A stretch of 64,000 nucleotides of DNA, from positions 32,001-96,000 of IMG/VR virus record IMGVR_UViG_3300027280_000002. One strand, written 5' to 3'. The position numbers were made by a program, and so were the translations under genes. The notes beneath the pieces were generated by a model. That model made no database searches and was not told the DNA's origin. It saw nothing but the letters and a program-made list of their open reading frames with translations. Each line of letters starts with the position of its first letter. The stretch's first letter is position 1. This document shows, one piece after another, positions 39,068-48,128 of the stretch. The stretch is from a virus.

Positions 39068-39547
39068 ATGTCAAGAGTAGCAGTTGATTGGAGAAGTGCT
39101 AGTAAGAAAAGTTATGAGGATTTTTGTAAAAAGAACCCTCTAATATCTCTGAATTTTGATGAGTGGAAAAATATTCTTTATTCATTTAATGAATCATTTA
39201 AACACTATATCTTAGAAACAGGAGAAAGGGAAAAACTCCCTACTGGTTTTGGAGAGTTTTCTATAAATAAAAAGAAAAGAAAAAGAAGTAAAGATATTGA
39301 TGGTAAAGAGTTTGTAAACTTACCTATTGATTGGGTAAAAACTAAAGAGAAAGGTAAACGTATCTATAACTTTAACTATCATACAGAGGGTTATTTCTTT
39401 GGATGGATGTGGTTTAAACAAACTGCAAGATTTAGAAACTCAGACCTTTGGTACTTTAAACCTTCTAGAAGAACATCTAGAGACCTGTCTCATTACTTAA
39501 AGACAGATTCTAAATATCAACACACTTACAATGAATGGAAAAAATAA
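39068..39547 (+). CDS. HU/IHF-like protein of the crAss-like tail block
   Basis: KLPTGFGEFSINKK; IDWVKTK, NYHTEGY; start moved to ATG 39068. Confidence 0.7.
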   Translation: MSRVAVDWRSASKKSYEDFCKKNPLISLNFDEWKNILYSFNESFKHYILETGEREKLPTGFGEFSINKKKRKRSKDIDGKEFVNLPIDWVKTKEKGKRIYNFNYHTEGYFFGWMWFKQTARFRNSDLWYFKPSRRTSRDLSHYLKTDSKYQHTYNEWKK

Positions 39548-39550
39548 GTT

Positions 39551-40555
39551 ATGTCATACTACTATAAATACGATTTTGTATCCCCTGAACCTCTATACGC
39601 AACAGTAAAAGAAGAACTTAAAAGTTACTTTGATACTGGAGCTGTAGATGATTTATTATTTCCTACTTACTTAGACAAATGTCTTAGAAAGATGGGTAGG
39701 ACAACTTATCAAATTACCACTGAAGTTTTACTTATAGATGACTATCAATCAAGACTTCCAGATAATTTTCATGCAGTTAGAGAAGCGTGGATGTGTGCAG
39801 TTATACCAGGAAACCCTTATCCTGCAGCATCTTCATTTTATTCACAAGCTGCCAATGCTACCACCATTCAAGTTGCTCCATTAACTATTGGAGGTTCACC
39901 CTGTAATAGACCTGATTGTCAACATCCTAGTTGTGACGGAACTTGTATGCCAGAGGTTGTGCAAGCTGTTTATAAAACAAATGCTGAGATACCTAGATCT
40001 TATAGACGAACATACTTACTTCAACCAGGTAATATATCTGCAAGAAAAAACTGTAACTTATCATATACTAGTTCTTTTGATCAGTATAATCAATTAGCTG
40101 TAGCAGGTGCTAACTTTACTCCTGGTGCTTCTTCTTACGATTCTTTTGACATTAGAGATAATAAGTTTATAACAAATTTTAGAAATGGTGTAATACACTT
40201 AGTCTTTTATTCAACAGATTATGATAAAATAGGAAATCAATTAATTCCTGACAATTATCGTGTTCGAGAATATATTGAATCTTTTATTAAGTTTAAAGTT
40301 TTTGAGACTTTAACTAATCAAACAGTAGATGAAACATTTAATCAACTACAAACTAAGTTAGTTTACCATAAACAAGTAATGGATGAAGCTTGGATAATGG
40401 CTGAAACAGAACTTAAAAAACAAACAGTATATCAGAAACAAAGAGCAATTGTTACTGACTTAAATCGTTTTAATCAATATGAACTTCCTGACTCAAGATC
40501 TCAAGTATCTGGTAGATACACTAACAGGTACGGAAGACGTAATGGAAATAGTTAA
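39551..40555 (+). CDS. Tail tubular/ring protein
   Basis: LPDNF...LIPDN motifs; directly upstream of the muzzle gene. Confidence 0.65.
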   Translation: MSYYYKYDFVSPEPLYATVKEELKSYFDTGAVDDLLFPTYLDKCLRKMGRTTYQITTEVLLIDDYQSRLPDNFHAVREAWMCAVIPGNPYPAASSFYSQAANATTIQVAPLTIGGSPCNRPDCQHPSCDGTCMPEVVQAVYKTNAEIPRSYRRTYLLQPGNISARKNCNLSYTSSFDQYNQLAVAGANFTPGASSYDSFDIRDNKFITNFRNGVIHLVFYSTDYDKIGNQLIPDNYRVREYIESFIKFKVFETLTNQTVDETFNQLQTKLVYHKQVMDEAWIMAETELKKQTVYQKQRAIVTDLNRFNQYELPDSRSQVSGRYTNRYGRRNGNS

Positions 40556-40560
40556 TACAC

Positions 40561-43500
40561 ATGGCTACTAAAAAAGAAATTGAAGACGATAAGAAGAAGA
40601 AGGCAGCTTCTAAGGCAAAAACTGATAAAGCTCAACAAGGTCAAGTAAGACTAGAGTTTAATCAGGCAATGTCTGGCTTAAATATGGATAGCACAATTAA
40701 CCAAGTAGCGACAGGTAGTCTTACTTATGCGTTAAATGCAACTGTAGAAAACTTTGACTCTAGTTCTGTTAATTATCAAAATGAACCTGGTAACGAACCT
40801 TGTTTTAGTTTTCCTGATGGTTATGAACTTATTGGAAAACATACTATTCCTGAAAAAGACAAAGACATATTCTTTTTAACTAACCCCACTACTGGAGGTA
40901 GTGAAATTGGATTCATGTTTAATAATGATTGTCAATATAAAACGCTAATCAATGCTCCATGTTTAAACTTTAATGTAGATCATCCTATACCAAAAGTCGT
41001 ACATAGAATAACAAACTGTACTACAGAAATATATTGGACCGATGGATTTAATGCTAGAAGATATTTGGATATAGAAAACATTCCTTATATACTTGCACCA
41101 GGAACAACTCCTACTTGTGATCCTGTAGAAACAGATCAACTAGACTGTAATCAACTTAAGATACAACCTGACTTTCCAATACCATTTTTAAATGTAGATG
41201 AGGTGACTAATGTAGGATCATTAGTTGCTGGAACCTACCAATTTGCTATACAGTATTCTGATGCAGTAGGTAATGATTTAACGTCATACTACTCAATAAC
41301 CAACCCATGTCCAATAGCTGATGCACTTATAACAACAGTAAATTTTAACTATCCAGTAGGAAAATCTATAGTTGTAAAAATATCTAACTTAGATATCTCA
41401 GGACAATTTAATTACTTTAATTTAGCAGTAATTAAAACTATAAATAATATTTCCTCTGTTGAATTAGTAGGGACATATAACATTACAGACGTTAGTGAAG
41501 AAATAACATATACAGGTGCAGATCAAACAGCCAAAAGATTATCTATGTCTGATATATTTGAGAAATATCCGTATTATGACATAGCACAAGATATAACATC
41601 TGTACAAGATATTCTAGTATGGGATAATTTAACTTCTATAGATAGGATAAATTATCAGCAGATAGCTAGTAACATAACTTTGAAGTGGGAATCTTATAGG
41701 ATACCTCCTGGTGAAAATTATTCTGATGAGAATAATGCTACTAATTTACGTGGATACATGCGTGATGAAGTTTATGCATTTGAGATAGTGTTCCTTCTTA
41801 AGAATGGAAAACAAACTGATTCTTTTCACATTCCAGGACCTCCTAACCTTAATATAAATCCTGATGTACCTGACACAAATGATGACTTTATTGGTGATCC
41901 AGATTATGTTGAGAATGGTATAGGGTATAGCTCATATTGGAAGATATATAACAACGCTATTAATTTAGGAGCTTCTCCAACTGCTACAAGTGCTGACGAT
42001 TACAAAGGACCATGGGAATATGGAGAATTTGCATATTGGGAATCAACAGAAAAATACCCTTGTAATACAGATGTATGGGGAGACTTAGCTGATCAACCAA
42101 TCAGACATCATAAATTTCCAGATGTATTGGTTAGTCCTATTATAGAAAATAGCACAATCACTTATGATGGTAATAACATTGTTCCTACAATGCAGGATGA
42201 TGCAGTTTTTCCTATTGGAGTAAAAATTAACAATAGTCAAATCTCAGGTCTGATACTAACCTCTGATCTAACACAAGACCAAAAAGATGATATTGTAGGG
42301 TTTAAGATTGTTAGAGGAGATCGTAGTACTAACAGGTCAGTAATAGCTAAGGGTATACTCAGAAACATGGGCAAGTATTCAAGAAATGATCAAGAGTACT
42401 ATTACCCTAATTATCCCTATAATCAAGTTTCTGGAGAAGACTCTTTTCTTCAAGAAAACAATAATGCATGGAATTATAAATCTAAAGCATGGCTCGTATA
42501 TATGCCAGATCAAGAAACAACAAGTTTATTTGATTGGGGTTCTCTTAATTTTGGTAGTGTAGATATAGATGTTAATGTTGAAGAAGGTGTATTTACATAT
42601 ACAAGTATTGTTAATGGTAGAAATACACAAGCTAAGATTCTACCTAATTGTATTATAGAAGTATGTTCTCTTACACGACCTGTAGCACTTAGGGGTCTTA
42701 TGACTGTAGGTCCTGCAGATTTTGATGCATGGCGTGGATTTCATGGGCAAAAAGTGTTTGCTGCAGGATATGCAATTAAATCAGAAAATCCTTTTAATAA
42801 CTTTAATTTTGATGGTACAGTAGCTTCTAGACGATGGTTGGATTATCAAGGTTCATTAACTTCAGGAGGTGGTGATACGTGTACTGTTCTTACCAATGTG
42901 GATTATGATTATGATTATGATAATTTATATGGACAGGTTACTGAAAGTGGAGATGGTCATATATGGAAACCTCAAGTTTCAGGAGCTAATTCTGGCTTAT
43001 CAATTCCAAGAATAAATTTAAATGGTATTATTCCTGGTCCTTGTTTTGAAAGTGATGACATTTCTACTGAAGAAATAGAAGATGACGCATTAATAACATA
43101 TCCTCCAGGTACATTTGATCCAGCTAACGAATGTCCAGAAGGACAAAGTGCAGCTTGTCAAGAATGTATAAAAACAGAAAATCCAGATAACATAACTCCT
43201 TGGCCACAAGCTGCTTTTGGGCAGCCTACAAATCCCCTTCCTCAACTTAGTAACGGTGTCCCATCACAATCTTTTCCGCTTCCAACAAATCAAACAAATA
43301 CATTTACTCCAGCAGTTGATGTAAATCAAATGGACGGATCTATAAATGGGACAACTTCAAGATGGAGTAGAAGATCATGTTTAGCATGTGATAGAGATAT
43401 ACCTATTAAACCATTAGAGGGAGCAGAATATGATTCAGTAAAAGATATTTTAGAAAAACAAATATTTAATTCTCCTGACACGTCTTTTGGACAACCTTTC

Positions 43501-46500
43501 TTAGGTAGTGTATTAAAACTAGAGAGTGTAATGTTTGGGGCAGGTAAAGGTCATTTTGTAGAAGTTAAAGATAATGCCAAATACAAACTTTTATCTAAAG
43601 AAGCTCAAGAAGATGCACTTAGGAGTTCAGAAAGAATAGCTAGCATAGGTTCTGGTGGATTTAATGCTGGTATAATGTTTACAGTTTATCAGTCCTATCT
43701 TACTATATATATAAATGGAATAACAAGAAAGAACTATGGAATGTCTTTCAATTCACGAGCAAACTATGACTACTCTTACCCTATTGATAATAATGTTAAA
43801 GGTGGCATCAAACAGAGAGAAATAGAACTTACAAGATATTTAATACCAGGAGTACAATCATTTAATAATAATGATTTGCCTATAAATAACTGGAATAGAG
43901 AATCATCTGTATATATAAAAACAAAAATTAATGATGACATATTAGCTTTTCCTCTTCCACAAGATACGCCTAGTTTAACATCACCTGATGGTACATCTAG
44001 CATGGTTGAGTTCTCTAGATTTAACATAAGTGAAATTGGAGCATGTGATGCACCAGAGAAAGAAAAGGACATGAAGGTGGTTTCATATTATGCTTCTATG
44101 AAAAACATTTTACCTAATCAATGGGGACAAATAAATTCATTCAAAAGAATTGATACTGGATATCAAAAAGGCATAGCTTCCTCAGGAGAGGATATTATAT
44201 TTGGTGGAGATGTTTATATATCTAGATTTACATTTAAAACTAAACTACCATTTTTTATAGACAATAGAGTAAATGCGCCTGATGATTCCGATATATTCTT
44301 TGATGAAATAGGCAACATTGCATATCCTAAATATTGGCACTCTGCTAGATCTATATTAAACGCTTATAGAGTTGAGGCTAATGATTCAAACATGCTTAAC
44401 CTTATATCTACTAAAGCACATAATTTAGATTGTCCAAGTGATCCTTCATTAATTACTGCACCATCAACTACTGCTCAACCTGTATCTACTTTTGCAGGGA
44501 CATACAGATCATTCTATGATGGATTTATGTATTTATTTGCATACGGTGTACCAAACTTTTATTGTGAAAGTGTATACAATACAGACTTAAGGCAAGCTTT
44601 TAATACTAAAGAAGGTGACTTTTGGCCCCATGTAAGCAGTAGTATTCCAGATGATTGGGTACAAGAAACAAACGTGCCTATTGCTCAAGATAATACTTAT
44701 TACTATAATGTAACATTCTCTAAACAAAATAAAGAGAATGTATTTACTCAACTCCCTCCAGATTGGGAAAATGATTTATGTTTTACATACTTTCCGTTTA
44801 GAGCTATTTATTCAGATACACAAGGAGACAGTCCTGACAATAGAGTAAATAACTGGTTAGTGTATAGAGCTATTTCTTATCACGACTTTCCACAAAACTA
44901 TGGTAATCTTACATCATTAGATGGTGTACAAGATAAGGCTATCTTGGCAAGATTTGAGAACAAGGCATTGCTGTATAATAATTTATTAACTATTGATACA
45001 AGTAATCCTCAAGCAGCTTATGTAGGTAACTCTAGACTTTTTGATGGGTCACCCCCATTAGATTTTGCTGAAACAGACTTAGGTTACGTAGGGTCACAAC
45101 ATAAGTTTCTACTTAAGGTCCCTTATGGTCAAATTACTGCAGACGCTAAGAGGGGACAAATCTTTTTATTAAATGGAAATAAACCTGTTGACATGACAGC
45201 TTATGGGTCAGGGGTGAATAGATTTATGACAAGTAGTTTACCTTTTGAAATTTTAGAATACTTTCCAGAAGTAAATGTAGACAATAATTTTACAGGATTT
45301 GGATTACACGGTGTGTACGATAGTAAGTTTGACAGAGTGATTATTACAAAAATTGATTATATTCCTACAGACAGTTCGGTATTCTACGATAAAGATGATA
45401 AAAACTTTTATATACCAATAGAGGGTTATACTGATACTTCTGGTAATCAAACTATCAAACAAGAAGTATTCTTAAACGATAGAAAGTATTTCTGTAATAA
45501 GTCATGGACTATGTCATTTGATTTTAATACAAAAAGCTGGATATCGTTTCATAGTTATTTACCAAACTTTTATATAGGAGAAAATAACTTTTACTATTCA
45601 GGGATTAACGGATGCTGTACAAACTTTACTGCTATTCTTGATAATCCAAGTAGAAGTAAAATAGATACAGAGTCTCCTAATTTAGAGATGATAGTTGGAG
45701 AACTTGATGGCGTTGTTAAAATTACTACAACAACCACCACTACAGGTCTTCCTTTATTTACCACTACTACTACAACAGCATATGTTCCTGATTGTGAGTT
45801 TGATATAAATGTAGTAAGTAAGTTAGATTGTCAAATGGAAGGAGTGGGTTACATTACTGTACCAACCCCTACTACTACAACAATATGTGCTAGACCTGAT
45901 AGTTTAGTTATTTCTAATTTTACAGAAGGTTATCAAATTACAGGACAAGCTTCTCCAGTTTTAGGTACACTCTCTGCACAGAAAGCTTGCGCAGTGGGTA
46001 GTTTTGTAAGAGTAGCAAATCCTCTAGAAACAGTAGATATAAATTTCCAATATCAATATGAATTTCCAAAACCAGTTACAGTGGGTCAGATTTTATATTT
46101 TGGAGGTGGTAGTGATTGCACATTTGTACCAGATGGCTGGTACACTAGTAGTGAAGATGGTTGGAATAAAGCCTACTATGTTGAAAATTCAAGATTAGAA
46201 GAAATAATACCATGTGATTGTAATACACTTACCACAACAACCACTCTTTATGATGGGGAATTAACAGAATGCTGTGGTATTATATACAATGATGTAAATG
46301 GTAATGTAAAACTTTCAAACATAGCATCGTCTCACTCTGTAGATTCAGATAATTTTCACACTATAGTTATCCCAGGATACACTACTGGTAAGTTAGCTGT
46401 TGGCCCAACTGCTCTATACGGAGTTTCACCAGGTATCAGTACATCATTTAAGAAATGGACAATTACAACAAGCCCATGGACTGTAGTAGCAGATTCAGAT

Positions 46501-47253
46501 TTAGTAATAGCTGATAATGCATTTGGTACAACTGCTGGAGTGGTAGTTAAAGATGACAGTGCAATTATTGCAATAGATACAGCTCAAGGATTTATAGTAG
46601 AAATAGATACAACAAGTGGAATTCCATCACAGAAAATTCTAGTGGGAGGTGGTTATACATACACTACAAATCTATTATATACTACTAAAGGTAAACTAAT
46701 AACAATAGGAGAAGATGGTGGAGGAGTGTTCCATTACTTCCAATGGGATTATGATAACGAAACAGTAACCCCAGAAATTGATATAACAATCACTGCACCT
46801 GAATTTGGTAGTGAGGTTGTAGCAATATATGAATGTGATTGTGACATTACGATAATTACAAAAGAAGCTAATCAATATAATGTATTTAGCGTATCACCAA
46901 TATCTCCTTATGGTGTTATATTTTCAGGAAATATAACAGATGATAATCGAAGCATTTGGAACTCTTTTGATGCTACTAACGTAACTCAAATGCAATCATG
47001 CGTTAATCCAATTGGAGGACAAGAGTTTACAACAACTACAAGTACCACAGAAAGCCCAAGTACTACTACTACTACATCAATATACCCTTGTTATAAATGG
47101 GAGATAACAGGCCCTGTAGGAATTATTATTACTGACTGTAATGGGCTACCTGAAGTACTAAGTGTTCCTAGTGGAGTGACACAACAATTTTGTACAAACG
47201 TTAATACTGGAGGACCTGCTGGAGCAACCTTTATAGGAAACTGTGATATATAA
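40561..47253 (+). CDS. Tail stabilisation/muzzle protein (P22 gp10-like), N-terminal part with a Thr-rich modular extension
   Basis: GLNMD..YALNA, IYWTDG.N, GYMRDEVYAF, IRHHKFPD, IFGGDVYI, SWISFHSYLP; poly-Thr modules from ~45720. Confidence 0.8.
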   Translation: MATKKEIEDDKKKKAASKAKTDKAQQGQVRLEFNQAMSGLNMDSTINQVATGSLTYALNATVENFDSSSVNYQNEPGNEPCFSFPDGYELIGKHTIPEKDKDIFFLTNPTTGGSEIGFMFNNDCQYKTLINAPCLNFNVDHPIPKVVHRITNCTTEIYWTDGFNARRYLDIENIPYILAPGTTPTCDPVETDQLDCNQLKIQPDFPIPFLNVDEVTNVGSLVAGTYQFAIQYSDAVGNDLTSYYSITNPCPIADALITTVNFNYPVGKSIVVKISNLDISGQFNYFNLAVIKTINNISSVELVGTYNITDVSEEITYTGADQTAKRLSMSDIFEKYPYYDIAQDITSVQDILVWDNLTSIDRINYQQIASNITLKWESYRIPPGENYSDENNATNLRGYMRDEVYAFEIVFLLKNGKQTDSFHIPGPPNLNINPDVPDTNDDFIGDPDYVENGIGYSSYWKIYNNAINLGASPTATSADDYKGPWEYGEFAYWESTEKYPCNTDVWGDLADQPIRHHKFPDVLVSPIIENSTITYDGNNIVPTMQDDAVFPIGVKINNSQISGLILTSDLTQDQKDDIVGFKIVRGDRSTNRSVIAKGILRNMGKYSRNDQEYYYPNYPYNQVSGEDSFLQENNNAWNYKSKAWLVYMPDQETTSLFDWGSLNFGSVDIDVNVEEGVFTYTSIVNGRNTQAKILPNCIIEVCSLTRPVALRGLMTVGPADFDAWRGFHGQKVFAAGYAIKSENPFNNFNFDGTVASRRWLDYQGSLTSGGGDTCTVLTNVDYDYDYDNLYGQVTESGDGHIWKPQVSGANSGLSIPRINLNGIIPGPCFESDDISTEEIEDDALITYPPGTFDPANECPEGQSAACQECIKTENPDNITPWPQAAFGQPTNPLPQLSNGVPSQSFPLPTNQTNTFTPAVDVNQMDGSINGTTSRWSRRSCLACDRDIPIKPLEGAEYDSVKDILEKQIFNSPDTSFGQPFLGSVLKLESVMFGAGKGHFVEVKDNAKYKLLSKEAQEDALRSSERIASIGSGGFNAGIMFTVYQSYLTIYINGITRKNYGMSFNSRANYDYSYPIDNNVKGGIKQREIELTRYLIPGVQSFNNNDLPINNWNRESSVYIKTKINDDILAFPLPQDTPSLTSPDGTSSMVEFSRFNISEIGACDAPEKEKDMKVVSYYASMKNILPNQWGQINSFKRIDTGYQKGIASSGEDIIFGGDVYISRFTFKTKLPFFIDNRVNAPDDSDIFFDEIGNIAYPKYWHSARSILNAYRVEANDSNMLNLISTKAHNLDCPSDPSLITAPSTTAQPVSTFAGTYRSFYDGFMYLFAYGVPNFYCESVYNTDLRQAFNTKEGDFWPHVSSSIPDDWVQETNVPIAQDNTYYYNVTFSKQNKENVFTQLPPDWENDLCFTYFPFRAIYSDTQGDSPDNRVNNWLVYRAISYHDFPQNYGNLTSLDGVQDKAILARFENKALLYNNLLTIDTSNPQAAYVGNSRLFDGSPPLDFAETDLGYVGSQHKFLLKVPYGQITADAKRGQIFLLNGNKPVDMTAYGSGVNRFMTSSLPFEILEYFPEVNVDNNFTGFGLHGVYDSKFDRVIITKIDYIPTDSSVFYDKDDKNFYIPIEGYTDTSGNQTIKQEVFLNDRKYFCNKSWTMSFDFNTKSWISFHSYLPNFYIGENNFYYSGINGCCTNFTAILDNPSRSKIDTESPNLEMIVGELDGVVKITTTTTTTGLPLFTTTTTTAYVPDCEFDINVVSKLDCQMEGVGYITVPTPTTTTICARPDSLVISNFTEGYQITGQASPVLGTLSAQKACAVGSFVRVANPLETVDINFQYQYEFPKPVTVGQILYFGGGSDCTFVPDGWYTSSEDGWNKAYYVENSRLEEIIPCDCNTLTTTTTLYDGELTECCGIIYNDVNGNVKLSNIASSHSVDSDNFHTIVIPGYTTGKLAVGPTALYGVSPGISTSFKKWTITTSPWTVVADSDLVIADNAFGTTAGVVVKDDSAIIAIDTAQGFIVEIDTTSGIPSQKILVGGGYTYTTNLLYTTKGKLITIGEDGGGVFHYFQWDYDNETVTPEIDITITAPEFGSEVVAIYECDCDITIITKEANQYNVFSVSPISPYGVIFSGNITDDNRSIWNSFDATNVTQMQSCVNPIGGQEFTTTTSTTESPSTTTTTSIYPCYKWEITGPVGIIITDCNGLPEVLSVPSGVTQQFCTNVNTGGPAGATFIGNCDI

Positions 47254-47255
47254 CT

Positions 47256-48128
47256 ATGGCAACTAAAATAATAAACTTAAAAATAACAAGCTCTAGTCCT
47301 CAAGTAGGACCTTTTGAGATTACGGATGACTTATCAAATGTCCTAGGAACCGATGTGTCTTTAAGTAGCCTTATTGTGGGCATAAGCTATAGGGTAGATG
47401 TTTCAGTTTCAGTGATTACTTTAACCTCTTCAGGTGATTGTAATTTTGTAAAAGAATTTTCAGTTAGAGATTCAGTACCTAGTATAGAATATATAACAGC
47501 TACATATACTCAAATTAAAACAGGATGTGTATGGACACACTTAAGAAACGATACTTTATATAATTATTACTATGGAGATATAGCTCCTTACATAATCGAG
47601 TATCCTTTTTCATATAAGTATCATGATCAAATATTACAGAATATAAAAGACTATAGTAAAGTGTATGTATATCTTCCATCTACATTAGGGTCATTTGATT
47701 CTAATAGCAAGGTGCAAGTAGATGATAAATATTTTAATAAAGCTATTCTATATAACGATCAACAATCTACAGGAGTAATAGAACTTGTTCCTAAACCAAT
47801 GAATGATTTAAGTTCATATTTAAATTATCCTATACTTAATTCTAATAGTAAAACTATTACTTTTGCAAAGACAGATAGTTTCTATCAATATAACACTTTC
47901 TGGGCACTACAAAAAAATGATAAGATTCCTTTATTTAAAACATCTTGTGAATCTGGCTCAATAGATAAAGTAGTTAATCAAGATAATATGAACTATGGTG
48001 ACTTATCATTTAAGAAGTCACAACTAAGAGCTAAAGATTTAAAGGTGAGACACATACTAGACAACTCTTCTATAACACATATAGTAAGTCAATTTATTGT
48101 AGCACCAGCACAAATATCATATAAGTAA
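47256..48128 (+). CDS. GPF domain fused to the presumed C-terminal part of the muzzle protein
   Basis: SSPQVGPFEITD...SSGDCN, then WTHL...YNYYYG..PYIIEYP...FNKAILYN.QQSTG...RAKDLKVR. Confidence 0.7.
   Translation: MATKIINLKITSSSPQVGPFEITDDLSNVLGTDVSLSSLIVGISYRVDVSVSVITLTSSGDCNFVKEFSVRDSVPSIEYITATYTQIKTGCVWTHLRNDTLYNYYYGDIAPYIIEYPFSYKYHDQILQNIKDYSKVYVYLPSTLGSFDSNSKVQVDDKYFNKAILYNDQQSTGVIELVPKPMNDLSSYLNYPILNSNSKTITFAKTDSFYQYNTFWALQKNDKIPLFKTSCESGSIDKVVNQDNMNYGDLSFKKSQLRAKDLKVRHILDNSSITHIVSQFIVAPAQISYK

Noticed and set aside
47240-47260. Programmed frameshift or readthrough joining the two muzzle parts
   Set aside because: No slippery heptamer at the junction; the downstream ORF has its own ATG and starts with a domain that is N-terminal in five other genes.
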